Source of the DNA: Epiperipatus broadwayi
Lineage: Eukaryota > Animalia > Onychophora
Reading direction: 5' to 3'
Assembly: GCA_028023455.1 (NCBI GenBank)
Contig: JAQFVV010000005.1
Coordinates: 16,368,001-16,432,000 of the forward strand
Length of the DNA: 64,000 bases
This document shows, piece by piece, positions 1 through 13,450 of the stretch. The translations under genes and the position numbers were made by a program. The notes below the pieces were generated by a model. It was not told the DNA's origin. It saw only the letters and a list, made by a program, of their open reading frames with translations, and searched no databases. Position 1 is the stretch's first letter. Each line of letters starts with the position of its first letter.

Positions 1-2971
1 TATACACTATTAAAAATTGGAGCACAATCTGGACACACCTTATCCAGTAACAATATTTTATATGTACTAATGCCTTAGAAACTAAATGTTGCCCCCCTCC
101 CCTCAAACTTTAGCTTATTCCTTAATTTTTAAATAAGGGAGATTGATCAGACATCACTATCATATATGTGTAAAAAATCAAAATATCACAAATGTTCAAA
201 TCTTATTCCCAATATAAACATTGAAAGTATTTAATAAAATATTCATGTCTGCACTGCGTATACATGTGTGCATGTTTGTTTAAAATATATCTCTTCTCAT
301 CATTTAGTGATTTTATATCTGTGAATAGCCTTGGATATGTATCAAGTGATAACTACAAACTTATCTAAACCAAGAATCTTCAATCTGTTGTCAAGATAAT
401 CTCCCTAAGTAAAAGAAGGATAAACCCATCTTTTATTTTCAAAGGTTTTTATGTCAACAGATTAAAAATTCATGGTTTAGATAAGCTTGTGGCTATTTAC
501 CAAGTGATTACATTTATAAAATCATCTAGCTTTCAACAAACTCAGATATGTAAATGTACTTATAGTTTAGAAAATTTTCAAAAAAAACTTTTTTTTCAGT
601 TTAGATAGACAGCAGCAAATCAAACAAGCCATTTAATATTGGTTGTTGAATGGGTATCTAGATACTATTATATCAAGAATAAAACAATAAAGAAAAACTT
701 CTAAATCCCTCATCCACAAGCATTTGATTAATAAGATCAGGTTATCTTCTCCTTCATAATTTTCCTTTAAGAGTGGCGGAGGGGGGAAGAGGATGTCAGA
801 AAAACCTTTATTTTAATAAAGAGTTTTAAGGCTTAGTTGCCTATTAACCAATATTACAGTCATTGATTTATACTGATGTAATGATTTTTGTTAATGTTTA
901 GGTGAAAGAGAATAGTATCATACTCACTATATGAATCAATACCTAAAGTCTTTTTGAAATCAACAACAAATTAGCTTTCCAACACATTTTAAAAATCGTT
1001 GACAATTAATTTCTCTGGAAGTCATTTGATGTTGAAATAACAAATTGAGTTTTGGTTTAGGAATCATCTTTCAATCACACTTTTGTCTAAACCGCAAAGG
1101 GCATCACTTGATATTGTCCAAAAATTAGATGAAAACTATAGCAAACTACTTAGTGATGATGATGATGATCAGATGCTTTATTATTGGATCATGTTTTTTA
1201 TTGTAAGATGTTCACACTTATGTACATAAATTTACATAGGTGCATTTAAATTTTTATATGTGCAAATATGCATAGATAATATCCTTTGCTTCTGCTTAGC
1301 AATACTGTACTTTATGAATCAATTGTTGTATAAATTATAAAATATCTGCCATAACTACTATTCTGTAAGAGAAGACAGATATTGTTATAAGAACAAGAAC
1401 ACTTTTGGGGAAATATTTTTATTTCAAAAAACAAATCCCATAATAAAAGCTGCATTTAAAATAACAAGATATTTGCTTTAAAAAAAAGGCTAATATTTTA
1501 ACGATTTATCTTACTGAAAACATTCTAGGGAAGACTACGTATAATGGTTTAGTTATTTTAGATCAGACTTACAAGTCTAATTTCTATTCGCGTGGATGGC
1601 ATTACTTTTGAGACGTATTTTCCACGAATTACGGTCATCACATAAAACCTATTAATCATTTCTTATATCTATGTTTTTCTTAGCTTCTCTAGAGTTGTCA
1701 TTTTTCATGACTTGTGATATTTCTCTCTTAAAAGATTTGTTCTTTAGCTGACAGCTCAGATTTAGAGACTTCCTAGATAAATAGTTCCTGCAAATTAGTT
1801 TTACGATCAGCCACCAGGTTTTGTAGTCGGTTTTTTTTTTAATGAAAAAAGTGATCTCGTTTATATGATTAAATGATTTGTTTAGTTTTTATCCTATACT
1901 TTCTGTTACATGACCGTAATAAATTATTTCAGTAAATTAGTTTCACAGATCTGTCACAGGATTTTCTTTTTCAATAGTATTTTGTTTTCCCTCCTCATTT
2001 TAATATCACTTTAATACAACATAGTAAAGAATGCATCGTCAAATAAACCCTTTTATTACATAGTATTTTTGCATGTAAAAACCAGACTTAAGAATTTTGT
2101 ATTTTAAAATTAACACTTATGGTTTATAAGCCTATATATCTCTTATTAAGATTGTAAAAGACTTAGACAAATATGTTTGGAAGTTTGTTTGTCTGACGTG
2201 AAGAAGAAAGGCTACAGATCAGAAAAGTTAGATTAAACTCATCTTGCAGTTGATCAATAATGATTGGAAAAGATGATTTTTCGATGATAATAAAGTAAAT
2301 GTGCATAAATGTATATATGTGGTTCCTATAAGGTGGGTGTGAACGTAGGTGACAAACTAACGCGCATATATATACGCACACATTAGTAAATATTAGCTGA
2401 GGCACATATATATTACATAAATTAAATTAAGCAAATGTACTTATTGTAAAGGATATTAAATAAAAAGAAAGAGAAAAACATGTAAGGATTAAAATAGTTT
2501 ATAATAAATATATTTTCTAAAAAAAAAAAATTAATTAGAAAAAAAAATTAGTTATTTTCAAGCAAATAAACTAAATTTAGAAACAATTTAACTGGATTTA
2601 AGATAATTCTTATATGAAATTGGTATGGACTCTAGAGAATGGAATAATGACTACCAAAAAGAATTAATTAAGAAATAAGTACAGACATTACTGAGAAAGC
2701 ATCAAGAATACTATAAAGACTTAGAGTCGCTTTCTATTCAATGACATCATCCACTGAAGATATCACAGAAAAGATAAGAACTCTAGATAGTTATATTAGT
2801 CTGTATTATACTTTGTATAATATCTTTAAGGCAGAATTTTATTGTAGCTATAAGTTAATCTTTTTTATATAAAAATATGTAACTATTCTCATTATTAATA
2901 ATCATTGATATGTATATTAATTATTGCCAATTAAATTAATTATATTTTTAAGCTTAATTATTTTGCAAAGT

Positions 2972-3115
2972 TTGGTGCAGTGGTAGAGTGATGAACTCTA
3001 GAGTTCAAAGACCATAGATCATGGTCCAGATCTATTACTTCCAGTGCTTAAATTTCTTATGAACTCCCGAATAATAAATCATTTGATAATATATACTATT
3101 ATTTACAACTAGTAC
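2972..3115 (+). mobile_element. Degenerate tRNA-derived SINE-like repeat (related copies ~41105-41210, ~53505-53615)
   Basis: GCAGTGGTAGAGTG A-box-like head and a shared body ('...catggatc...ccagct...ctcaaac') in three dispersed copies; B box decayed. Confidence 0.35.
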
Positions 3116-3522
3116 TATAATTTATTTGCTTTTTGTTTTTTGTCCAGGTTCTTTCATATATAATGGTTTAAGAATACCAAGATAGCAATATGACAGATGA
3201 TTCTATAGATGAAGCTAATATTTTGTCGTCACCATGCTTTTCTTTTATACCTTTTTCTACATTCTCATGACAGCTTCCTACTACAGTGTCTTTTATGTCA
3301 CAGAGGGGCTAACTGCTAAATGATTCTTAAAAAAAACAATATAAATAATTAAGTAGTTAGACTGTTTGTGTGATATTCAAGCACCTAATCCTGGAATATT
3401 TAGTTCTTGTGTCCATCACTCTACCATTGTGCTAAACTATACACAGAGCTTTATTAAAACAACTAGAGTAATCAATGGATGCCAGAAGGCTTGTGCATAA
3501 AATCCCCATCTAGTGCCTACTT

Positions 3523-3581
3523 ATTCAATATTCCCAGACTAGTTTCTGGCTTGTGACCTTCATCAGTGAGGAGCCTTGGAT
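3523..3581 (-). ncRNA. Type I hammerhead ribozyme, family A (core intact, stem I slightly mutated)
   Basis: Minus strand reads atccaa-ggc-tcctca-CTGATGA-aggtcacaagcca-GAAA-ctag-TC-tgggaa-ta-ttgaat. Confidence 0.65.
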
Positions 3582-3645
3582 CTGAGAGCACTGCACCTAG
3601 GTGCAGTGCTTTCAGATCCAAGGCTCCTAGGTGCAGTACTTTCAG

Positions 3646-3704
3646 ATCCAAGGCTCTTCACTGACAAAGGCCACAAGCCAGAAACTAGTCTGGGAATATT
3701 GGAT
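3646..3704 (+). ncRNA. Family A hammerhead, core-mutated copy (CTGACAA), probably inactive
   Basis: Same fold as 3523-3581, but G8 of CUGANGA is changed to A. Confidence 0.5.
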
Positions 3705-4079
3705 GACTAGGCACAAGATGGGGATTTTATGCACAAGCCTTCTGGCATCCATTGATTACTGTACCTTGCTGTGTGTGGCAATATGTATAGTGAGTTTTGC
3801 CTGTTTTAAAACAGTTATACACAAGCATAAGAAGTGGTGGTCATGTGATGTTTAAGAGCTTTATTCTAAAGACATTCTTTTAAAATAGCTATATTATAAG
3901 AGTGATTTTATTGCATTGCAGTACAATTTATTGCTCCCAACTCTAATTATTTTTGGTATTGTTTTCTACTACTACAAAAAATTTTATGCTGATTTAAATA
4001 TAAGGCATATTTTTATATTTTAGAATGTTATACTGTCATCAATATACATATAAATAATGTATAACACTAGCTGAAATCC

Positions 4080-4260
4080 ATATAAAATATTTAAAACATT
4101 CCACAACTATATTGTTTCAGCCACACTCTTCCTTTAAATAAAGAATAGCCTGAATTTTTGCAGCCCATTGAAAAGACTGCAAAAATTTAGGCTATTCTTT
4201 ATTTAAAATGAGAGTGTTATTGAAACAATATAGCTGTAGGATATTTCAAATATTGTATAT
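4080..4260. repeat. Imperfect inverted repeat (foldback), ~84-bp arms, 13-nt loop
   Basis: TTTAAATAAAGAATAGCCTGAATTTTTGCAG pairs with CTGCAAAAATTTAGGCTATTCTTTATTTAAA, extending outward with mismatches. Confidence 0.8.
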
Positions 4261-4916
4261 TAAGTTAATTATTTTTATTGATTAATTATGATATGAACAT
4301 ATAAATGAGTGGTAGTATTTTCATATAAGAACAAGGAAATGTATTAGCAATGGTAATGCTAGATAACTGTCAATTACTATTGGCAGCATTTGTGCTGACT
4401 TGCTGTAGCATCCCACAATAACTTTTTTTTATCTTGGGTTTATCTCTTTTTGTTTCTAAACAAATTTACGACAAAGCCACTATGGGCTATTACAGCATGT
4501 AGTTTGGTTTAAAAGCTGTCAGTCGTAATTGATATCAAACAATGCCACTGCTAAGAAATTTCTCTAATTATTACATGAAAATATTCCCACTCCGTCTTTC
4601 ATTTAGATTATATATATAAAATAAACAAATGTATAATTAATATTTATATTTTCAAGAGAGTTTAGGTTTATAATATACATTGTTTCCTTCGTTAAGTCAG
4701 TCAAGGCTAAGGATGCATTATATTTGGATGTGATATCCATATATGTATCTTTCCAAATCTAAAATAAAAAATAGTATCAGGGCAATCATGTATTGACCAG
4801 CCAATAGCAAACTTCTATAAGGTATGACATTACAAGGGTTTATAATCTAAAATGCATTTTTGTCTACTGCAGTTCCTATGCCTATATATGGTATTCCTAG
4901 AGACATATACTTGATG

Positions 4917-5234
4917 ATAAATAGTCAAAATAAGAGTCATAGATCACATGACCCTATCTCTTAAGCTTGTAAGTTATAAACAGTGAGGATTGCCAATTCC
5001 TCTACAAGCTTTATGATAAATGCATAGCCAGAGCCAGCACTTAAAATATCTCTGTCAGGAACCCCCCAAACCCCTGACCATGCTTTCGTCCTTTGGCACC
5101 TCTCTGAGCCCAAAGCATGAAACCATGGTCAGGGGTTTGGGGGGAGGGGGTTCCTGACAGAGATATTTTAAATGCTGGCTCTGGCTAAGCATTTATCACA
5201 AAGCTTGTTGAAGAATTGGCAATCCTCACTGTTT
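4917..5234. mobile_element. Family C repeat, foldback dimer with broken hammerhead at the centre
   Basis: Arms ~4975-5099 and ~5100-5234 are inverted; flanked by the 12-bp direct repeat ATATACTTGATG (4905-4916, 5235-5246); homologous single copy at ~49232-49430. Confidence 0.85.
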
Positions 5235-7682
5235 ATATACTTGATGCCCTTGACAAATTCAAAAATGTTCTGGAACCAGGGATTTCAAATCAATAGTATA
5301 TATGTTTAAAAATATATTCATTCACATGTACATTTCTATAATTAAGGTCTGACCAAAAAAGCATTAATATTTTTCCAGGTATCAGCTTAGACTTTACAAG
5401 TTACAGTGAAAATAAATAAAACTCGAACACAAATTCTTGTAATGCTTTTGTTTGCACAAGGATGTTATTTATCAAGGCAATTAATTCTACGACTAATGGG
5501 GATTTCATCTGATTGTGATTGATGATTTCAAATGTATAATATCGTCAATAAAATGGAAAAAGAAAATGCAACAACTGAAGTAGTCATAATGAAAGTAACA
5601 GCATATAATTAAGTAAATGCATTATTCTTCTATAAAACTAAAACTTTTCTAAAGAACACACCCCATATATACAAGTAAGTAGGTAAAAGATAAATAAAGC
5701 AATCTTTAATTATCTCACTGAGGTCATGATGTTTTTCAGTACATTTTCTTAATAGTGAAGGAGGCATTCTTCTTTGGATTTTGTAATTGTTAAGTGACAT
5801 CTGTTTGAACATTATGCTCTCTTGTTTTGCTTTCTAATTTTTATTCATTTGCTGATCAATGATGGGAGTTAGATGGGTTAACTATGGGTTAATTATGTCT
5901 ATTCTCCAAATATCCTAAACCTTACTGTAACTTCAAAAAAATTTCAAGTTCTATCAAACCAGAATTCAAACTCAGACCATGAGTATGGCAATTTACATGG
6001 GCTACCAACCATTCCTATCATGCAGCCATTGCACATACAGGTAAACAATTTTAATTAATTCACTGCAAAACATAGATCTTTTCAGCACTTATTCACAGAG
6101 AGAAAATAAAAGAGTAGATATAATGTACCAGCCAATCAAATCAGTATTTATTTACAAACTGTGACATCATGTTAAAATAATCAGCCAGTCAATTCTCTTG
6201 AGACAATCGTTTCTTGATGAGCTAATAACCAATATTTTAAAGTGATATCAGTTGTGAGTAAATATTCTGCAATTTGATTGTCTAGTTTGTTAAATTTTAA
6301 GTAAATTGATTTGTTTACTATATATACAGTATACAAACAGGCATATAAACAAAGGCATTAGAATTTTTTTTATTTAAGGATGCTCCATAAAATTTTAAAA
6401 ATACAATGGTAAGATCATAAGACCAATATGTTTTTTAACTTGTTGGATGTGATGCTATAAAGTCCATTATTTAAAATCACATCTTTGTTAGAGTGAGGTC
6501 ATGAAATATATGGGCAATACAAGACTTCCTAAAAGAATGTTTTATGGTAATCTTAAGCACTGTTTCATAGAAGAGGTAAAGTTACAAACACTATATGAAA
6601 GATGTTCTGGTTATGGGTAAAATACATCAGTAGGTTACAATTAAACATGGTAATAAAATATTTTAGAAAGGTTTTCTATAGAAGTTAAAAGACAGCATTA
6701 CAAAATAATAAAATAAAATAATAGATCAGTACGTTCTGCATATTGATGTATTTGTAGTTCACAGTTTGGTTTATATAGTCATTGCAAAACTTCAATGTAG
6801 TGTTTTTGTTTTTGGTCTTTTTAGCTTTTTCCCTTAGAGTTCAGCTGTTGATGTTATTGGATTAAATATGTGTTTGGATTATATGTATTCGATTATATTT
6901 ATTTTACCAGTTGCATGAGACAGATAACTGAAATTTATATATATATTTCTGCCTAGATAAGTATATACATACATAATATTCATACATAAAACTAACTGGA
7001 GAAATAGCCATCCTTTATGGCAATAACAGAATGCAATTCAACTATACTCCACTTATTTACAGTCAATGCTAGGTAATTATAAACAAATGATTTATAATTA
7101 ATCAAGATATATTATTGAAATATTTATAGCTACAATTATTTATATATACATACACATATAATACTATATATAGCATAATTGTCTGCCCTGCTTTCAAACA
7201 TGAGTTCAAATCTAGACCAAGTAAATTTATTTATTTTTTCTATAGGTTTAGGATTTTTATTTTAAATAGCTGCCCTCTTAAATACCTCAATTAACTATCC
7301 AAAAATAGTTATAAATGGTTAACTAATTATTTTTAGAGATTAGAAGTTAAAATAAAAATGGAAAAGTATTCAAATCCTTATCACCCATCAATTGGCAGGT
7401 CTGGTGTGTGCTTCACTTCCACTCTATGTGGTATTATTAATGAAATTGTTGCATTCTGGAGTGATTGACTTTAAAGAGTTTTCTCTTTTTCTTTATGTAC
7501 ATATATTATCTATAAATGTGTTAATGCGTATGTACGTGTTTATATTTTTTATGGGTGTGTGTGTGTGTGTAAAAAGAAAGATTTTCATAAAAAAATTATT
7601 ATCTGGGCTCATCTGTGTATTATCACTAATGTAACATTGACGTTTTGGCTGGAATATACCTATCATTAACTGGATAATGATT

Positions 7683-7943
7683 GTAGAGATGGTACAAGCA
7701 ACAAGGCATTTAGAAAGATTAAAGATTCAACCAAACAAAAACAAAAATAGAAATTTTTAAAATACAAAAGATGGGGTGGATGGGGTAATAGTAGATGAGA
7801 ATAATTATTCATTTTATATCAATTTTCTCGTCTTCTATTCACCCCCACCTCGTTTCATATTGTAAGAATTTCTGTTTCTGTTTTTGTTTTTATTGGTTGA
7901 ATTTTTTAGTCTTGTAAGAGTTGTTGTTTGCGGTATCCCTATA
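7683..7943. repeat. Old degenerate inverted repeat, ~120-bp arms
   Basis: ATTCAACCAAACAAAAACAAAAATAGAAATT...GGGGTGGA mirrored by TCACCCCC...AATTTCTGTTTCTGTTTTTGTTTTTATTGGTTGAAT. Confidence 0.65.
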
Positions 7944-8039
7944 ATGGTTTTTAAAATAGCATATGTTATTTAGTCAGTGGTAGGTACAATCCATTTGAAA
8001 TTCTTGTACAATATCTCTGTATAATATATCTGTTAATTA

Positions 8040-8310
8040 CACATAGGTGAATCTGGACAATACATCTTTTACATATATCATCATTTTCAAACATAATTAA
8101 TCCATTGCAAGTTAAAAATCTCTCCAAGTTTAATCTAATTTCTTCAATCCATATCTTCTCCACTTTATACCAGAAAACTTCTATTTTTCTCAGTTGCCAT
8201 TTTTTTTTAGGTCATTTACAATCTCTTAAAATCTAATTTAAAATATCAATTATTCATTTGTTATCATTTCTTCTAGCAATATGTCCCATCTAGTTCCATT
8301 CCAATCTCTT
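8040..8310 (-). mobile_element. Highly decayed RTE-clade LINE 3' fragment
   Basis: Resembles 12340-12540 and the RTE tails at 22561 and 30236; reading frame destroyed. Confidence 0.4.
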
Positions 8311-8699
8311 ACAACATATATACTTTTCCTAGTGGTTAATATTATAATAATTAGATTAATAACTCAATGATGGTTTATTGAGCATGTGAAATATTCTCAA
8401 GCTAAAGCACAAGATAGTCTTTGAAAAGATAAGAACAGACTGTCTTATTTTTTTTACCTATATTTATTTATATAGGACAATCTTAATTACTTCATAATGA
8501 AAGTGTGAAAATCTTAAATTGATCATATTACTTCTTTTAAAGCTATATTTTTAACTATTGTTATCTTGTCCTGCATTTTCAGTTCACTGCACCACTAAGT
8601 CTAATATCTTCTTCTAATACTTCCAAATTTCACAGGTTAACTGTTGATCTGCACCAAATAGTATTTCCAGAGATCACAGGCAAGATTGTCAAACTGCTC

Positions 8700-8910
8700 C
8701 AAATAATATTCAGACTTTACAAGTAAAATCCTGTTGTCAGCAGCCAGATAATATCTTCAGAACTTCATATGTAAATCCTATCATCAACTGTGACAGATAA
8801 TATTCAGAGCTTCATGTGTAAATCATGTTGGTAAATGCATCAGATAATATCATTAGAGCTTCATAGCTAAAGGTAAGACTGACAACTGTGTCAGATAATA
8901 TACTCAGGAC
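8700..8910 (+). repeat. Degenerate ~45-bp minisatellite, about 5 units
   Basis: Recurring CAGATAATAT...TCAGAGCTTCAT...GTAAATC. Confidence 0.7.
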
Positions 8911-8961
8911 CAAACAGTCAGTTGGAAGCTGAATAATTATATATAAATAAATAATGAAAAC

Positions 8962-9141
<180 letters not shown>

Positions 9142-9603
9142 TGGTATTAGTAAGATTAGTGTTTCAACTTGCTAATTGAGTGTAAGATCAATTAGATTTT
9201 TATAAAGTTCATTATTTCCTTAGGGATTTAACATATATAAAGTATCTTTAATTCTATAACTTTATTTCCTGTGAGAACCTTACTGTTCACATACATTATA
9301 TCAGAGATAGTCCAAATAGATTCTTGACTAGAGCTCTTCTTTATTCATTTCCAGAACTTCACATTACTAGTTGAACTTTCCACTAGTTTACTTTTGTTCT
9401 TCTTCCTGTTACTTGCACATCACTGACAACATTGCACAATTGCTATTTGCCCACTTCTTAATGCATCTGCAGATTCTTTTATCAGTTTGGCTGATTTTCA
9501 TAAAATAACTTTCATTAACATGCCAATTACTCTGTTACTATTTTCAGTAAGTTTTATTTCTTTCTGCATAATTAATTTACTGTTCCTTTTCTGCAGTCAT
9601 TTT

Positions 9604-10264
9604 AATATATAGAGGGTTTGAACTCAGACTTTCACATGTCATACTGCTAAAACACTTGATCACACACAATGTCAAAAAGATAAATAATCACAAATATCGA
9701 TATTTCATGCTAAAACAGCACTCATTAATTGATCCAGATTATCATCTCCACAAATATATATAATCAAAGCTCAGCTTATATTAAAATAGCCAATCTTTAT
9801 ACTTTAATGATAGGCTTCAAACTACTCCATCCCACAACTCTTCAGCCATCCATTTCATTGAAAATCTGATGATGGATCACTCAAATCCCACCTTAATGCC
9901 AACTTTCTCATCCTACCCGTGTTGACCACAAGTGACTCTGATCCCTCATGTACAGGACATAATCCATTTACATACATATAGAGAAATGGCAGACCTTAAA
10001 GCACTGTTTTAAAATATGAATTTTTTCTACAGTACAGGCTTTTTCATACCTGCACTTCTATATGTAATATATAGAGGGTTTGAACTCAGACTTTCACACA
10101 ACCTTCAACCAGCCATGCTATCTCATACTGCTGATATATTTGATCACACACATGTCAAAAAGATAAATAATCACTAATACATGTATTTCATGCTAAACCA
10201 GCACTCATCAGTTGGTCCAGATTACCATCTCCACACAAATATACAATCAAAGCTCAGATATTAA
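9604..10264 (-). mobile_element. Family B repeat, head-to-tail tandem dimer
   Basis: Two same-orientation units (~9604-10010, ~10030-10264); HHR homologs ~480 nt apart; the first core is decayed (TTAATGA), the second is intact. Confidence 0.8.
10166..10226 (-). ncRNA. Type I hammerhead, family B (core intact, stem I/III variant)
   Basis: ggtaatc-tgg-accaa-CTGATGA-gtgct-ggttt-agcat-GAAA-tacatg-TA-ttagt-gattatt. Confidence 0.55.
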
Positions 10265-10582
10265 TATTTTCAGCTTGCACATATACCTTTACTTATTCCC
10301 TAATAAATAAAATATATCTGAGTGCGTGTGTGTGTGTGTGTGTACAAAGCAATCTTGTGCTTTGGATTGAAAGAATTTCACGTGATCAATAAACCAGCCA
10401 TCGTTGAGTTGTTAATCTAATTATTATATATATAATACAATGCTATTATTATCACTAAAATATATTACAATCTATTTAAAATTCTTATATAAATGGAAAG
10501 AGATATATTTCCTTCCCCTTTCATTTATAGCTCTAATGTAGTCACATGATCACCATTTCTTATGCTTTTTCATAAGTGAGTA

Positions 10583-10675
10583 GGGATTTTATGCACAAGC
10601 CTTCTGGCATCCATTGATTACCCTGGCTTGCACTGAGTGGCACTACTGTATGGAAAGTTTTGCCTGTTTTAATAT
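10583..10675 (+). mobile_element. Family A fragment lacking the HHR
   Basis: GGGATTTTATGCACAAGCCTTCTGGCATCCATTGATTA is shared with all family A copies. Confidence 0.8.
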
Positions 10676-10988
10676 AATAATACTTGAAGAGGTATGGTTA
10701 AATGCATGATGAGGTGTTGTTTTATGGTTAAATGCATGATGAGGTGCTGTTTTATTGTAATAAATTTGTTTGATTAATATTATGCAGTACGTATTTTGCT
10801 TGTTATATTTTTTGTATTTATATAATATTATTTTAAATCATTAATAATTAATGTGACTTTATTAATTTAAATTTCAAAGTATGTCAACTTTGCTATTGTA
10901 TTTATTTAGGCTTTTTTAAATATTTACTTTTACTATTATCAATGTAATACTTTAAATATAAATATATTTTGTATACCTGGAATCTAGA

Positions 10989-11330
10989 TGTAATATAGGG
11001 GATTTGAACACAGATTTTAAAGCTCCCTTAAACCACCCACTATATTTCATACAAGCGATACACATGGTTACACACATGTGAAAAAGATAAATGATCTCCA
11101 ATATACATATTTTATCCTGAACCAGCACTCATCAGTTGGTCCAGATCATCATCTCCCACACATATACATAATCAGTGCTGAAGATTTGTTATAGTCATAT
11201 AAACCTGTTATATATATATATATATATATGACTATAGATGGCATTGGACCAAATGCACCTTCAAGCGCTGGTTTAGCATAAAATCAGTCATATTGGAAAT
11301 ATATCTAACTTTTTCCACATTCATATCATG
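10989..11330. mobile_element. Family B decayed inverted pair; HHR homolog at 11090-11150 (-) has GAAA changed to AAAA
   Basis: Forward arm ~10989-11185, (TA)n spacer, decayed reverse arm ~11235-11330. Confidence 0.65.
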
Positions 11331-12289
11331 ATTTCAAGTATTTGTATCATCAGTGAAGGACTGGATTAGCAGAAACTGAAAATCTGAGTTACAAACTCCT
11401 GATTATCAATGTAATAATTACAGTTTCTATTTAAAAATCTTACATAGCGTAATAATTCTCTGTAGTATGAATACTTACAGGCATTGAAGGACTATGTTGA
11501 ATTGTTGTTTGATATATATATAAAAGTGTGCGATTATAATTTTTTTTAGATTCAAGCAGAAACTGAATATTGCAGTATCCATATAAAGGCATGCAGATTA
11601 GAGTTATATTTTGGCAAACTAACATCAATCTTTTAAAGGAGTTTTTCCATACAGTAAACATCAATTTGTGTTAATGCAAAATAGCAAAATCAGAGCTGCA
11701 ACATATATAGTAATAGTCAAGCATTGGTGGTTGAGAGGTCAGCGACGGCTGCTTTACAAGCGCTTCCCGGCTGATGCTATGACACATGAGGAAAAAAAAA
11801 CATATATAGTAATAACTTGAACAAAGTCAGTAAAAAGATAACAAAGACTTATGTTAAAAGAGCTATACTGACTGCAAAAATAGAAAAGTGAGCCTTTCAG
11901 CAGTAAATTGTTTTATTAAAACAAAAAGAACTAATGCAAGATAAATATAAATGATTAGAATTCTATAAAAGAGTTTTATAGATAACTTAAAAAATAAAAG
12001 GCCTACAGAATAAAATACAAAATATGTTGATATTAAAGGGAAATGTTATCTTAGCAATAAAAAGATAATATCGTTACTGAAGTCAAAGATAGGATCATGA
12101 AATACGCAGAAGAATGATACAAAAAAAATCTGGAATTCAAAGTAGCTTATACAATAATATCAGTTGAAATCCCACATATTTATAGAATTAAATCTATGAA
12201 ACTCAAAAAAGCTCCTGAAAACCATGGAATCATTACAAACCAATTCTTAAAAAAGCTAATTAAATATTAAGAAATCATTTCTATAATTA

Positions 12290-12560
12290 TCATTTTCAAC
12301 CATCATTATCTACTGCAGAATAAAAGCCTCTCTAAATTTAATACAGTTTCGCTAATTTATATTATCTCTTTTACACATTATACCAGAAAACTTTCACATT
12401 TCATCATTTTTATTTCATATGTGGTCTTTTCCTACATTTTTTACAATCTCTTGGGATCAAATTTAAAACTTCAATTGTCTATACATTGACACCTCTTCTA
12501 GCATTATGTCTAATCCAGCTCTTAATTCTTTCAATTCCTAACGTGCATCTTTTCATTGAG
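12290..12560 (-). mobile_element. Decayed RTE-clade LINE 3' end
   Basis: Reverse complement contains CCAAGAGATTGTAAAA...AAGACCACAT and GAGAGGCTTTTATTCTGCAGT...ATAATGATGGTTGA, matching the tails at 22561 and 30236. Confidence 0.6.
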
Positions 12561-13223
12561 TAGTCTAAACTTTTATATTGCTCTTCTCTTAAATGTCAAA
12601 AATCTGTCCTTTTTATTTAATATTAATGTTATTTGTAGCAAAGCACTCCATTTAAGTTTAATTCTATGGTTAATTTCATCATTTTTCCATCTGTATTAAT
12701 AATCTGATCGAAGTATTTGTGGACATTAAATTCTTTCAGGAAAAAAATTCATTGAACAATTCCTTAATCATTTTAATATTTATCTTTAATCCTACTTTCT
12801 TATTTTCATCTAACAGCTCCTATAACATTTTCTGAAGCTCTGAAGCATTATTTGCAAAAACTAGATAAGAATAAACTAGATAAAGCTAGAAAACATTAAT
12901 AATATTGATATTTTTTAAAGAAAGATGAAAAAAATAAAGAATTATAAACTTATTGTTTTGCTATCAGTTATTATCATTATCACTCAACTGAAAAGAGTTG
13001 AAAACTTTGCATTTAACCATTTTTTCAATCTCTTCTACTATTTATTTTGTTATCCAAAAATTCATAGCTCTCTTCTCTTTTAAAATGAGTCATCAATTTT
13101 TTTAATTCTATCTTTCTTCTTTCAAGGACTTTTTTCATGAATCCTTCTTTAATACTTCTCTCTTTCTAATCTTGCTCTTCTACTGGGCAATATGCAAACA
13201 CACATTTTCTAGAATTTCCAACC

Positions 13224-13450
13224 TTATAAGGAATTTGAACACAGACTTTCAAGCTCCCTTCAGCTATCCACTCTATCTCATACCACTAACACACATGACC
13301 ACACACATATGAAAAGGATATATAATCTCCAATATACATATTCCATGGTGAACCATTTATCTTATATGTGTGTGGTCATGTGTATAGGTGTGTATGAGAT
13401 AGAGTGGATAGCTGAAGGAATCTTGAAAGACTGTGTTCAAATACCTATAA
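13224..13450. mobile_element. Family B foldback truncated inside the HHR
   Basis: TTATAAGGAATTTGAACACAGACTTTCAAG... mirrored by ...CTTGAAAGACTGTGTTCAAATACCTATAA. Confidence 0.8.

Larger units (their letters stand above)
3456..3854. mobile_element. Family A repeat, head-to-head foldback dimer
   Basis: Inverted arms meet at the palindrome CTGCACCTAGGTGCAG (~3591-3606); a 30-nt duplication sits at the junction; flanked by the 11-bp direct repeat AGAGCTTTATT (3445-3455, 3855-3865). Confidence 0.85.
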
